From positions 13,642,001-13,702,000 of the forward strand of contig CM075989.1 of the NCBI GenBank assembly GCA_038087875.1: DNA of 60,000 nt, read 5' to 3'. A program made the position numbers and the translations under genes. Numbering within the stretch: position 1 is the stretch's first letter; each line of letters starts with the position of its first letter. Below the pieces are notes generated by a model that was not told the origin of the DNA, searched no databases, and saw only the letters and a list, made by a program, of their open reading frames with translations. The DNA is from Malacoraja senta. Taxonomy: Eukaryota. Shown here piece by piece: positions 35,695-50,000 of the stretch.

Positions 35695-36550
35695 ACATAA
35701 GAGACTGCAGATGCTAAAATCGTGAGCAAAATAACAAACTGCTGAGGAACGTAGCAGGCCAGTCAACAAAGTGGAGGGAAATGTTCAGATGACATTTTCA
35801 GTCAGGACCCATTTTCAGACTGATGGAGTAGAGGGCAGAAATCTGGTGTAGAGAGGCAAGGGGTAGGGATGGTCAAGAGATGGGCCTGCTGGATACTCTG
35901 GTTGCTCGCCATTTTAATTAGTCTGTCCTCGACCTCCACCACTCCAGACTGAAGCCACACACCAACTAGAAGAACAGCACCTTGTATTCCATTTGGTAGC
36001 TTGCAATCCAACGGCAGGAACATTGAATTCTCCAATTTCAGGTAGCTCGCCGCCCTTTCTTATACCCAGTTTCTCCCCACTCTCGTTCATGCTTCCCACT
36101 ACCCCAACCCCCACCCCCCTTCCCCCCCATTGATGCTATCACTGAATTATTTTCCCCACCCCCCACCCCCACATTCATCCCTCCTACTCCATATTCTTCC
36201 CCTATTTTCCTTCTCCCCACCCCCTCCTGGTCCCTTCCACACACTCTTCCCACCCCCTGGTTCTCCGTCTTCCTCCACACCCTTTCTTATCATATTCCAC
36301 TTTTGCACATTTGATTTCCCTCACCTCCAGCCTCGGTTACTATTTCCACCCATCTCTCCTCCACCCGCATCATTTGCTAATCAACTCCTCACTTGAATCC
36401 ACTTTGCTAGTTCTTGCCACAGCCCTACCCCTCGGCTTTCTTCCCTCTACTCCATTAATCTGAAGAAGAGTCCTGACTCAAAACGTCATCTGTCCACATC
36501 CTTCCAGATGCTGCTGCCCAGCTGAATTCCTCCACAACTTGTTTTTTTGC
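35695..36550 (+). mobile_element. Penelope-like element 3' end with inverted 5' pseudo-LTR
   Basis: LEEQHLVFHL..SLQSNGRNIEFSNFR* near 35965-36045; pseudo-LTR with CTGAAGA at 36460; inverted pseudo-LTR at 35695-35825. Confidence 0.7.
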
Positions 36551-39135
36551 CTCAGCTAATTATGGAAGTTTGTCTTTTCAGGAACTGCTTCTGCAAATAT
36601 ATTCTTAAATTATTATGCTTTGCACAGATCCATGACTGAAATTCATAACCATTTATTTTTAATATGAATATTATTACTCCATGGCATGATTACAGAGCAT
36701 ACTCTGTTTCAAAGGCTCTCTTGATAATGGAAATGTTTTTGTATTGTGAGCATTTATTGTACATTTTATTCCTTTGCTCTTCAAAGGTCTGCCTGCCGTG
36801 GAGAAGCAATTACTCATGGAAGTCTTTACCATCTGCTGTATGAGGTATTCTTTGTCTCTCCAGTAGTCAGTGCAGTTAATAAAGTGATTAAGTTCTTTCA
36901 GCAAATTTATAAAGTGAGCAACTGAGATGTCCCAGTATAACTGGAACTTTGACACTTCCTGAAGGAAAAAGAATGTGATTTACGCACTGGTCCTGTGCCA
37001 GATGATGGAATAATTGGTTTAACTCACAAAGTCTGCAGCACTGGTGACATCCTGTTGTTGCAGAATTTGAACAGTAAAGGTTCTTGTGTTGAGATGTAAA
37101 AGAGGCAGGGATAAGGTAACAGATTGCCACACAGTTCTAAGCTGGAAACATGCCATGGATTGGCAGTGAAGGAAGCTTGAATAGGGATTTCAGAAGTGAG
37201 CTGTATAAATATTTGGGGTAGCTGTTGGGAAGACTATGGGGAGCTGGAGAGTGTGCTAATGGGAGAGTGCTCGCACAGATATGATGGACAGAATGACCCA
37301 TTGTATATGGTGAGCTTTGCATGCCAACCCATCAAATGCTGTTCCATCATTAGACTCTGTCTTTGCAAGTTTCCAGATGCTTCAGGTGCCCTGGGGCCAT
37401 TTGTAGGAAATGCCTGGAAGTAGAGTTTGGGATTTCTGAGCTGTGTAGACAGCTGGTATCACAGGGGCAGCTCTGTGGTGCCACGTGTGGTGATGCTCTC
37501 TCCCAGCTCCAGGGCCTCTGGTTTAATCCTGACATCTGCTGAGTGTGCACATTCTCACTGTCACTATATGGGTTTCACCCAGGAGCAAAAACTAGAGGGC
37601 GTAGGTTTAAGATGAGAGGCAAAGATTTAACATGAACCCGAGGAGCAACTTTTTCACACAGGATAGTGGGTATGTGGAAGTGGTTGAGGCAGTACAATCA
37701 CTGTAAAAGACAGTTGGACAAGTACAAGGATAAAAAGGTTTGGGAGAGATTATGGTCCAATGCAAGCAAACGGGGCGATCTTTGATGGGTCTTGGTCGGC
37801 GTGGACGAGTTGGGCTGAAGGGCCTGTTTCCATGTTGTATGACTATTTGTCAGAGGTTGTTATACATTGAGGTTACTTCTATTGTGCCTCTCCATGGAAG
37901 GAATAAAGAATAAAGCATTTTGGCAAGAGAGGAGAGAATTAAGGAAGACCTAGCGTTGACAAGTCCCCTGGCAGACAGCAGGGAGACCCCTCTGGCGTTA
38001 ACACAGGCAAACTGGTCTCACGGAGAAACTCATGTTTCTGCCAACTCGCCCCGTTATCAGATGTAAAAACAAAGTTGTGATTGGACTTCCTCTCAGCAGG
38101 GATATCATCCGAGATGGGGAGACTGCTTGAAGTTCCCCAAGCTGCTAACAAAGATGATAGAGCAATTAAAGTTGAGGGAAATCAAGAGACTGCAACTGGG
38201 CTGTGGAGGGTAGATCACAGGCTGGAGATGAGTAGCTGAGGTGTTAGCCTGGAGCGAGAGCCAGCAAACAGGACCTGGTGCGGTTCTGAATGAGGAAGGG
38301 CAGGGAGAACTGAAACTCTGGGTTGGATGGGTGTTTGATCCTAAACCAAGCAGGATGGAACATTACAAGAGGCACAAGATACTGGAATCTGACACAAAAG
38401 ACAAAAAGCATCTGAAGGAACTCAATGGGTCATCTGTGGAGGGAAATCAACAGACTGATTCAGTCCAGAAGAAGGGTCCCAGCCCAAAACATCGCCCATT
38501 TTCCCTCCACAGATGCTACTTGACCTTCTGAGTTCCTCCAGTTGCTCTAAACATTACAGTAATCTAAAATATTTGGTTCAATAGCAGGTGGGCACAGAGA
38601 GTGTGTGGGAGGCAGGGAACAGAACTTCTGTCAATGCCACTGACTGGGAACTATCCAGACGTTGTGGGAAATGGGGAGTGTGGGTGGATCAGACCAGTCA
38701 GTGGTTCACATCAGTGCCCATACCTCAAGGATTATAGTTTGTGAGTCAGTCATTCAGAGAGAGAGTTCAAATCTCACAACAGCAGCTGTGCAATTTTAAA
38801 TCATTTAATCTGGAATTTACAAAATAGCTGGTTTTAGTAACAATGACACAAAACTCCTGGATACCTAACCTGGTCACGAATGTCCTTGGGGTGGGCATGA
38901 TTGCCAGTCTCAGCTGAGCAACTCCAGACCCATCTACGGTCCAGGGAGCCACTCGGACCACGGGTAGGTGTTACCAGCAACACCCTTGTGCCTGACTGAC
39001 CCTCCCAGGAGGCTGACCCTCGGGTCAAGGTAGAGCAGCAGCCAGATGTGGAGCATCTGGGTCAGGTGTTGAATCTCCCCCCACTGAATTTGAATGGTCC
39101 CCTCTCACGATTCCCACCCTGAGGGTCTCCCCTCA

Positions 39136-39324
39136 TCACTTGTTCATCCCCAATTTAGCCAGTCCCTGTCGGAATCCATGAAGCTCATCAATTTTCCCAT
39201 CTAGGATCGCAAGGAAGGTATTCAGTTCCTTCACCAGGTTCCCGTGCTTCCGATGGCTTTCCTCCACATTACACTTCATCGTCTTGGACTTGCTCTCCAG
39301 CTCTGCGTTGGTGCTCTCTGCGCT
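39136..39324 (-). CDS. HOMER2: HOMER2 last coding exon
   Basis: ccacag|[62 protein letters not shown]. Confidence 0.9.
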   Translation of the reverse strand, partial: SAESTNAELESKSKTMKCNVEESHRKHGNLVKELNTFLAILDGKIDELHGFRQGLAKLGMNK

Positions 39325-42300
39325 CTGTGGACACACAGGACAGTGTCAGTGATGGGGAGAGAGGGGCTGCGGTGCACATTATGTGTGGTACCCAGGCTGT
39401 GTATAACTGCCCCATGGTATCTAAACCACATGTAGAGGCTATGCTTCCATAGCATGGAAGTTAGACACAGAACCATACATCACAAGTCCTTCAGCCTACC
39501 AGGTCTGGGCAGACCGTGAGTGGGGCCCAAGTTGTGACAGCATTCCGTTCCTGAGAACCGAATATATTTATGGAGGTGGCGCAGCTGATAAGAGTTGCTG
39601 CCTCACAGCGCCAGAGACCCGGGTTTAATTCCGACCTCAGGTGCTGTGTCTATGTGGAGTTTACACGTTCACCCGGATGCTCTAGTTTCCTCCCACCTCC
39701 CAAAGGCGTGCCGGGTTTACAGGTTAATTGTCCCATGGTGGGTAGGGAGTGAATAAGAAAGTGGAATAACATGGAACAAGTCTGAACAGGTGATAGAACA
39801 GCAAAAAGGCCTATTTCCATGCTGTATCTCCAAGCTAAATTGTCCCAACTAGTAAACAAATAAGTGGGTGTTTCGGCAGCGGATCGGATAAATGACAGAT
39901 TGGTCAGTCCAAGCGGCAGGGACCAGAAGATGAGTAGGAGATGGCAGGGTTGGAGCGAGCAAGACCCCTGGATTCCCCAGTTCACCACCTCTGCCATCCA
40001 CCTCACATCTCCCAGACACCTGGCCTTGCTTACCTGCAGCTGGTGCTGTAACCCCTCACACTGCTCCAGCAGGCCTGGGATAACCTGCACCTCCGCTCTC
40101 AGTCTCTCCAGCTCCTGTGGGAAAGAACAGAGGTTACTGGGATTTTCGCGCAAAGAAACCCAGCACAGAAACAGGCCATTCAGCCCACTATTTCCATACC
40201 GACCATACAGCATCCACCATCTGCCCACATTTAGTCGGTAGCCTTCTCTGCCTTGATGATTCGTGGCCATCTAGACACGTCAACGTTGAGTCGCCCTGCC
40301 TCTTATCACCCCCCTCGTTTGAGATCAATGACCTCTCATCAGAACAAAGGAAGGTTCAGTGGGCGGGAGATGGGGGAGGCAACGAGCGTATGGCTATGAG
40401 GAAGGGGCTATGACAACGCTGGGACCGGAGGAGGGAACAGCAGATATAGAATCATGACCCTGAAATAGGCCAAGGCAGCCGAGCTGCTACTTTCACCTTA
40501 CGCGGGGCATTGTTAGGGTGGCAGTGGGAGGGTGAATTAAAGTGACGGGGCCTGGAAGTTCAGACTCCTACAGATGCCACACAAAACTAATACCCGCTGA
40601 ATTTCAATGCACTAGGCTGGAAGAAGGGCGAGTGAATCGCTGCTGTGCCCGCAAGGGTTGTTTAGCCCCGTTTTTTCTGGGTGGTACCAACCTGCTCCTT
40701 CTCGCTGATCTGCGCCTCCAGCAGCCGCGCAGTCTGGTTGAGCCGGGAATTCTGCTCCCTCTCCTTGCCGATGTCCACGCTCTGAGCTTCCAGTTCCACG
40801 ATCTGCAGGAGGAGGTGTCGGGATCGCAGGTCAGAACTCACCCGGCTAGCGGCTTCCCCGCATCAGTGGACGGGGCAGGGGAGAGGGTGAGTGGGGACTG
40901 GGTCATCAGTTCATGTGAAAGGATTAGAATTAGGCCTTTCGATCCATTCAAGCATGGCTAATATCTCCCTCCTTACCCCATTCGCCTGCCTTCTCCCTTC
41001 CACCCCTGGCAGGGTTGGGGGGTAACACTAACCCATACCCAGACCATAGGGCAGATGTTGCCACCGCCCACCGCAGTACCGCCAGGGCAGAGGAGCAAAG
41101 TCATCTTGACGCACACCCCCATGTCCGGGACCCCCTCCCCGACCAGGAATCCCGCGCCTCCCACCAGGGGCGGAAAACCCGGGGGGGCCAGAGGGGACAC
41201 ACACCCCCATGATTTGAGAGGTGGGGGACATCCCCCCCAAGTTTTTGTGATCCGTATTTTAAAATCTCCGCTTTCCGCGAGACAGTGGAGGTGGGACTGA
41301 CGATCGAGGGTGCGATGATTGGAGGAGGGAGGAGTGGGGGGGGGGGGGGGTGGGTGGGACTGAGGATAGAGTGTGGCGATTGGAGGAGGGAGAAGTGGCA
41401 CAGACCTGCGCCTCATCCGCAGGCAGGATCGAACCCGGCCGGGTCTCCGGCGCTGTCCCGAGTGCCCCCCCCCCCCGACAGGTGGCCAGAGACGTCGGGA
41501 GTCAGACGCGAGCTGTACCCCCAGGCCCACAGCCAGCGCAGAGAAACAGCCCTAAACCCAGCTCAACTCTGCCTGTCCTGCCTGGGCTTGCGGGAAATAT
41601 GGCCAGCGCGGAGAAGCAGCGCTGGTGTCCCGTCAGTCCAGACGGGGCTGTAGTTAACCCGGCGAGACAGGCAGAGTTGAGCTGCATTTAGCGCTGGATT
41701 GAGCCTCCGAAACCTCGCGCGCTTGTGTGTGAGTGCGCATGCGCGCGCAGCCGCCAAAAAATTGTGTCCCCCCCGTCCCCTCCATGTTTTGATAGCGAGT
41801 TCCGCTCTTGCCTCCCACGACCTCGCCTTCCTTCCCCGGGCCGGGACCTCACCTTCTCCCGCAGCCGCTCGCCCTCCTCCTTGCAGTGCACCAGGCGACT
41901 CCTCCAGTGCTCGGCAGTGCCGGCGGAGTCGTGCAGTGCCGCGCCCAGCCGCGCGTTGCTCTCGGCCAGTGTCCGCAGCTCCTGCTCCCACTTCTTCACC
42001 GGGCTGGGGATGAGGGGAGATCATCAGGGTTTCTGAGACCCCCCCCCCCCTCACCATCGCCGCCCACTGACCCATCCTCATCCTTCCCCTCACGGTTCGG
42101 ATACTTCATCCCCGTCCTAATCGATCCCATCAAACCTCTTTCTCGGTCTCTGTCCCGCTCCACCATCCGAACCACCCTTGCACCACCGTACGGACCCCGG
42201 TCCCGCCAGTACCCCACCTCCCACCCTGTGCGACCTCACCTATCCTCCCCACTCCCTCCCTCCTGACCTCACCTCCTTCCACACTCCCAATTCCACCAAC

Positions 42301-45300
42301 CTCACCCCTTCCCCTAAATGTCACAAAACCATTCCCCCACTCCTCACGTCCCAAACTAACCAGCCCTGAGCTAACCCGCCTCTAACCATCCTCCCTTCAT
42401 CAGCCGCATCCCATCTCACCCCCACCACTTCTCCAGCCATCCCCCTCACCATCACGACGTGTTCTTGTGAAATAAGGCAGGGCAGGTGACTGAACTGTCA
42501 GTGCCAGAGCACAGTTTCAATTTGTTTTAAAATAGTAATGGAAAAGTTCTAATTTAGGCCAAGGCCAACTTTGATGGTATCAGACAGGAACGTACACAAG
42601 TTGATTGCTGGCAAAAGAATGTCCAGAAGGTGGGGTGCTTTTAAAAATGTTATAGCCAGAGTCCAGGGTATGCATGTTCCGGATAGAGTGAAAGGCAAGG
42701 CAGGTAATTGTAAGGAGCCCAGGATGATGAGAGAAATTGAGGCACCAATCGAGACAAGGGAGGCAAAGGTCAGATATACACAGTTTGGATTAAGTGTATC
42801 TCTGGAGGAGTATTGAGAAGCATACTTAAGAAGGAAATCAGTGGGACAAAAGAGGGCAAGTGATACTATGTGTTTTAAGTTTTGGTCAGCCTACTATGGG
42901 AAAGATGCCAAGTGCAATGTACATGAAGATTTACAGGATATAGCCGGGGCTCGAGGTATGAGCTATGGGCAGAGGTAGGGCAGGCTAGAAATGTCTTCCT
43001 TAGAGCACAGGAGAGGGAGGGATGAACATAGAGGGTGTGTAAAATTGAGGGGAATAGATAGGCTGAATGCAATCTTTTCCCCCCAGAGTAGGGGAATCAA
43101 GCACCAGAGGGCCTCGTTTTATGATGAGAGGGGAATGATTTAATAGGAACTTGAGGGGCAACAGTTTCCACACATAGGGTGATGTTTATTTTGAATAAGC
43201 TGCCAGAGGAGGTAGTTGGGGCAGGTACAATAAAAACATTTACAAGATATTTTGACAGGTAGATAGGAGTGGTCGAGAGAGATATGGGCCAAACTCTGGC
43301 AAACAGGACAAGCTTAGATGGGTAACCCTGGTCAGCATGAATGAGTTGTGCCGACAGGCCAGTTTCTGCGCTGTACAATGCTATGCCCCCCCCCCCCCCA
43401 AAATAGTGGTGACAGTTAATCTCCATCGTGTGGTGCCAGATTGTGAACCCGATCCACTCACTGACGTCTGCCCACAATGACGGGGTGGTTGGCAATTGCT
43501 AGGGTGCTCAGTTTGAGTAGAGGCTCAAAAACACGCAGGTGGTTGCGAGGCCAAACATCAGTCCCAGATGGGGGCTGGTGGACAGTGAAGTCCCTGCTCT
43601 ACACTGCCTCCCCCCCCCCCCCTCCCTCTGCAGACTCACTTGATCCGGTGGTTGTTACTCTTCAGGAGGGATTCAATAGTGGACCGGCCATCGCCTTTCT
43701 CATCGTTGGATCCATTCACACTCGATGCTTGTGGTGAGGTTGGGGGCTCATGACTGGACTCCTGAAATAAACAGTGTAGAACCGGTGAAACCACAACCCA
43801 GGAACATATCCTTCAGTCTTATGGTCTTGTTACCTTTTGTTGTTGTGTTAATGTGCCCGTGAAGCTGCAGAATGGGTGGGACTGTAATGCACGGCTCGTC
43901 CCAGACACCCAGTTCCTCGCTGAGGCTACTGGAGCCCCTGTAAGAGCCCCTCTTTGAAAACGGAGAGAGGGCAGTGTGGAGTGGTTGGGTGGGGGCCCAT
44001 GGAGGGACGGGACCTAGTGATAAGTCACGGGTCGACAGGTAGATGATTGGCCAGCGAGGGCAGAGGTTTAACTAGAAATGCTGCTAAACCGTTGTACTCA
44101 CTGGCCAATGAACGAGTGCAAAGACTTGCCGATCACGGAGCTACTGAGCTCATTGCTGTCCCTCCTCCCTGCCCCGCATTACGCCCACCCCCCAGCTCTG
44201 TCACGCACCTGGGAGTGGGTGCTGCAACTCTCTGCCTCCTGTGAGCGGTCCCTCGCCAACCTCGCCGCCTCCTTCACCTCCTCAAACTTCTCGGCGAACT
44301 GTAACACAGTGAAGGGGGGGATGCAGACACCACGCCCAGCACGAGGTTAGTTGAAGGATCAGAGGCTCCTCGCACCCACCTTCTGCGATTCCCTCCCCTC
44401 CTCTCGTAATCCTCCTCCCTCCCCTCTATTCTCCCCCACCCCCACCCCCACCCCCGTGCACCCCTCCTCCCTCACGCCCACCTTGCTCAGCTGCTGCTCT
44501 GAGGGGAAGCCCAGACCAAAGACGGTGTTCGCTCTGCTGTCTGCCCACTGGCCGAACTTCTGTGAGGTTTTGCTGAAGGTCATGTTGGGGGTGACAGTGC
44601 TGTTCACGACCACCTGCGGGAACACGCACTCGGCTCTTATTCAATAGCTCATCCTTCTCACAAAGCCAGTCCCCCAGTCTCCACACCTCACCTCATGCCC
44701 CCCCCCCCTCCCCTCCACGAACAGGCCCAAAACCCGCCACACACCCCTTGTTCTAGACACCCAACCAGGGGAAACATCTTCTCTCCCTCCCTCCCTCTCT
44801 GTCATGGCCACATAGAATAAAGTTATACAGCATGAAATCAAGCCCTTCAGCACAACTTGCCCATGCTGACCAAAATGCCCCATCTATGCTAGTCCAAACG
44901 TGGCAGGTGGGACTATATCCCTCTAAACCATTTCTATCCATGTACCTGTCAAAATATCTTTTAAATGTTTTAAATGGATTTTGTAACTTTCAATCAGATT
45001 CTCCTTCATTCTTAACTCCAGTGAATACAAACCCAATCAGTTCTGTGTCTGCTCAGAGCTACAATGCTGCCATCCCAGGAGTCACAACCTTCTGGGCAAT
45101 CTCTCTCTGGCAGGTATTTCCTGTCTTAGGTGAGCCAACCAATTCTGCGTACAATACCAGAGATACAATTGTACAGAGTCTTGGTGAGATTGTGAGATGT
45201 CCTTGCTCCTGGACTCAAGTCACCTTGCAGTGAAGGCCGACATATCTGTTCCCTTTTTAACTGCTTACTATACCAACGTTTGGTTTTAGAGTCTGGTAAA

Positions 45301-46977
45301 CAAGGTCAGCCGACTGTCTGTCCATCAACACTTCCCAATCTAACACCACTTACATTACACACTAAGTTTCTGTTTCCCTTCCCTTACAACAGCTGCAGCA
45401 GGTAACAAGTAGTGCCGCTCTCTCATAATACAGGAGCCGAGTTCATTTCTGACCTTTGGTGCTGTCTATGTATAGTTTCCCAGTGCCTGTGGGGGTTTCC
45501 TCCCACACTGGTCCATGACATTTGCCAGCCATCAAACAGTGGGGACTGTTCCAAAATCTATAGGATTCCTCATCCACACCTCCACCCTGCCTCCTTCTGT
45601 TTTCTGGAATGCATGATCATCATCATGAGCTTTCAGACTCATTCTGTAATGAGTCTGAAGCGACGCCCATGTCGGGGCGGCCCGGCCCGAGGGAGAAGCG
45701 ACGCTCATGTCGGGGCAGCCTGGCCCGAGGGAGAAGCGACGCCCATGTCGGGGCAGCCCAGCCCGAGGCTGAAGACGGCACGGTACTCACGTGAGGGTGG
45801 CTGGGACGGTGTTGGCCTGAGTCCGGGGTTCGGCCGCGGGCCAGCGTCTGCGTCTGCAGGACTGGTGGGCGGCAGCTTCGACCACCCCGGGCCGCGGTGT
45901 TTGAGCCGCGGGAAACATCGCCCGGGGGGTATCGCCTCAGCGCAGAGGGAGAAGAGGAGGGAAGAGACTGCAGATCTAAGACTTTTGCCTCCATCACAGT
46001 GAGGAGATGTTGGGTGGACTCACTGTGGTGGATGTTAATATGTGTATATTGTTGTTTTATGTATGACTGTTGCAATTTCGTTCAGACTTCGGTCTGAATG
46101 ACAATAAAGGGCTATCTATCTATCTATCTATTCACTTATTAATACAATTTCCTCCATTTCATCAACTTGATTAGATTCTCATTCAATATCATCTCCGGAA
46201 GGTTGGTTACTTCCTTTTCCATGGTGCTAGAACCATTGTATATGTTTAATTGCTCTGTCACTCCCCTATTCCAAATAAGAGTTCTTCATTTTTTTCAAAC
46301 CGTATACATCCACTTTTATGTTTCCTGCTACTTTTATAAACTATTTTTATTTTATGGAACAATTTCTCCGTCCTTCTTTGCTGAAATCTAAACTGCACTC
46401 GAGGCTCACTTTCTCCTTTGTTCAACAATCTTGTCTCATTCCTCATTAGATCCAATACTAAACCAGCATCTGCAGTTCCTCCTTACACACTATCATTAAC
46501 TACTTTTGTTCAGCATGGTTGAGTTATTTAAAAATATTTTCACGTTCACGTCTACGTTTTTGGACCTATTACAAGCATGAGGTGCAATAGTAATTTAGAA
46601 AAACAAATAAATAAATAAAAGGTATCTGGACCTGGTAATGGGAGGTAAAACAAAAACAGACTTGGTTGGTAGTTCCTTCTCTATGAAGTATGTTATAAGA
46701 GTTATAATAGAGCGATTGTTCCTTCTTTCTTTCTCTTTCTTTTCTAGGGTCTATTTTCTAACTTTACTTCCTTCTCTAACTTCTTTTCTAAGGGGCTTTC
46801 TTTTCCCAACACTCTTTTGCACTTCACAACCTTTGCGCACTTTCTTCACTTTTCTCACTTCTTTCTTTTTCTTTCTTAAAGTTTAAAAAAGTGAAGCGGT
46901 ACAAAAAATGTATTAATATATACGTGTTGTACATTACTGTAATCTACCGTACTTCTATTAAAAAAATTATTTTAAAA

Positions 46978-47013
<36 letters not shown>

Positions 47014-50000
47014 CAATACCAGTCAGGAATGTATGACTGTTTCAGTTCCTGCATTGATTCCTTAAACATTAATTATTGCTCTTCCACTGTCATTACTTTC
47101 CAAGGAACCTCCCAACCCCCATCACAGCTAATTAATTCATCTGTACATCCCTCTGTTTATATTTAGGATCCTAGATTTGGATTGAACTTCTATACTTTCC
47201 AGTCTGCCATGTTATGGTCATTCTTCCTTAATGGGCCACCGGACAAGATGAGTAAATCCCATCTATAACCAGTCTAGGATAGTCTTTTCTTTATTTAAAG
47301 GCAGCAGGCTGGATCACTACAGGCCAGTGGTGAAATTATTGGAGAAAATTCTAACTGACAGGATTTACATACATTTGGAAAGACAGGGACTGATTAGGGA
47401 TAGTCAGCATGGCTTTGTGATGGGGAAAATCACATCACATAAATCTGACCATTTTTTTGAGGAGCTAATTTTGATGGCATTTGACTGGAATAAAAAAAAA
47501 ATTTGGGAGGACATTAGAAGGTTATAAAAAGTCTGGCAAGAGGGAGACTTTTAAGAATGAGCTAGGGGGAATTCAGGGCCAGCATGCAACTGTCAGAGTG
47601 GCAGGATTTGAGAACCTTGGTTGATGAGAGGCCTTGAAGCTCTAATGAAGAAAAAGGTGCATGCTAGATATAGGTAACAGATCATGCAAATCCCTTGAGT
47701 ATAGGGAATGTACGAATATGCTTATGAGTGAAATTAGGAGAGCAAAGAGGGTACATATTTGTCAGATAAGGCAGAGGAGAAGCCCAAAAAAATTAAATAC
47801 TTTAAAAGCAAAATGCAAGGGGAACATAGTATACATCCTCGCCCCAGAGTCATACAGACACGCACCTATCTAAATGTCTTTTAAATGTCGACAACATACC
47901 TGCCTCTACAGGTTCTTCTGGCAGCTCATTCCACATGCAAACCGCCATCTGTGTGAAGAAATTACCCCTCGGGTTTCTTTCAAATCTTTCCCCTCTCATC
48001 TTTCTGGAGCCACTGGAAATGGGCAAGGTTTTAAATGGATATTTCTCATCAGTATTTACTGCAGTGAAGGTCGTGGAAGGAAGGGATTTCAGGGAAGTGT
48101 ATTGTGATGTCTGGAAACATGTCCACATCAAAAAAGGTGGTGCTGGCAGTCTTAAATGATGGATGAATCCCTGGGGCACCAACCTGGAACATTGTGGGAA
48201 GGTCGGCCCCTAGCAGAGATATTTACATTTCTTTAGCCACAAAAAGTCTTCTTCTGTCTTGTGTCGTGTGTCTTTTAGACCTGCAGATCCGTTGAGGCGA
48301 GCCAGGCCAACGTGTCATCGTCCAGGTCAATAAGATCTCGTTCACCATTCGGTGGCCGGTGTTTGGGGCAACTGGTGACTATGTGCTCCACTGTCTGTGT
48401 TGGGTCCCCACACTCGCAGGAGGCGCTGGCTGTCCACGAGGCCCCACCTCTTCATCGCTACTCCATAGTGTCCGATGCCTGTCCTCAAGCGGTTGAGGGT
48501 TGTCCACTGCTTTTGGGGCAGGTCCTGGCCAGGGACGCCCATGGGGTCATCGATGTAATGATGTAGCCTAGATGGTTCCGCTGACTTCCACTGGTCTCTC
48601 CTTCTCGTCTTGACCCAGGCAGCCTTAGAAGCGTCAGCCGGTGTTGTGCAGAGCAGCTCTTGGGCTTGCGTGGCAAAGGGGTGCCGTGACTTGAGGCGCA
48701 CTCGTCGTGGTGTCTCTGTGACGATCTGATGGAGGAGGTGGGATTCACTGGTGTGTGCCTTTCGAGAGAGGGAAGCGTCCCACGACATGAACGTCATGGT
48801 GGATAACGCCCGATTACGGTCCCAGCCTGTCCCCACGTACCTCGGCGTGAAGCTCGACAGAACGTTGTCATTCAAACAACACCTGGAAGGTGCCAAGGCA
48901 AAGACAAGCGCCCGTGCCGCACTGATTCGCCGCCTAGCCGGCACCACATGGGGAGCCACGACGAAGACACTGCGCATGTCCACAGTGGCCCTGGTGTTCT
49001 CAGCCGCCGAGTACTGCGCCCCGGTCTGGTGCCGTAGCCCTCACGCCAAGAAGCTGGATGCTGCCCTCAACAGCACCCTGCGGACTGCCTCCGGATGCCT
49101 ACGAGCCACCCCAGTAAACCAACTGCCCGTCCTCGCTGGCATCGCCCCAGCCAACATCAGACAAGAAGCAGCCACAAAAAGTCTGTAAGACTGGAAATTG
49201 GCTAATAGTGACCCTTTATTGAAGAAGGGCTGCAAGGAAATGTCTGGGAGCTGCAGACTGGTGAGCCTTACTTCCATGGTGGGCAAGTTACTGGAGGGGA
49301 ATCTGAGAGACAGGATCTTTGTGCGTTTGGAACAACAAGGACTGATCAGGGGCATTTGTTTTCTGTGTAGGAAATTGTGCCTCATGACTTTATTTTTAAA
49401 CAGTGACCAAAATAATTGATCCTGTTCTAATTCAGACAGAGGGTGGTGGGTGTATGGGATGAGCTGTCAGAGGAGAGAGTTGAGGCAGGTACAATAACAA
49501 CATTTAAAAGACATTTGGAAGGTACATAGATAGGAAAGATTTGGAGGGATGTGGGCCAAATGGGACTAGCTTGTGTTGTATCTCAATGATGAGGGCAGTG
49601 CAACCACAGCAAGGATTTTGACAGATCTCACATGGTAGGCTGGTCTCAAAGGTTAGATCACATGGGATCCAGGGTGAGCTAGCCAATTAAATACAACATT
49701 ACCTTGGTGGAAAGAGCCAGAAGATGGTAGTGATGGATTGTTTTCCGGATTGGAGGTTTGTGGCCACCAGTATGCCCCAGGGATTGGTGCTGTCCACTGT
49801 TCTTGTCATTTATGTTAATGACTTGGATAATATAGTTCATGTGGCCTCAGATAACATTAGCAAAGACCGCTCAGAACTCCATCATTCTCTCTACTGAGCT
49901 ATGGGGAGAGGTCGAGTAGGCTGATTTCTATTCCTTGGAGTGCAGGAGGATGAGGGGTGATCTTATAGAGGCGTATAAAATCATGAGAGGAATAAATCGG

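Noticed and set aside
46130..47010. Possible L1-type fragment ending in an A-rich tail and (TA)n
   Set aside because: Could not confirm protein motifs by eye; left unannotated.
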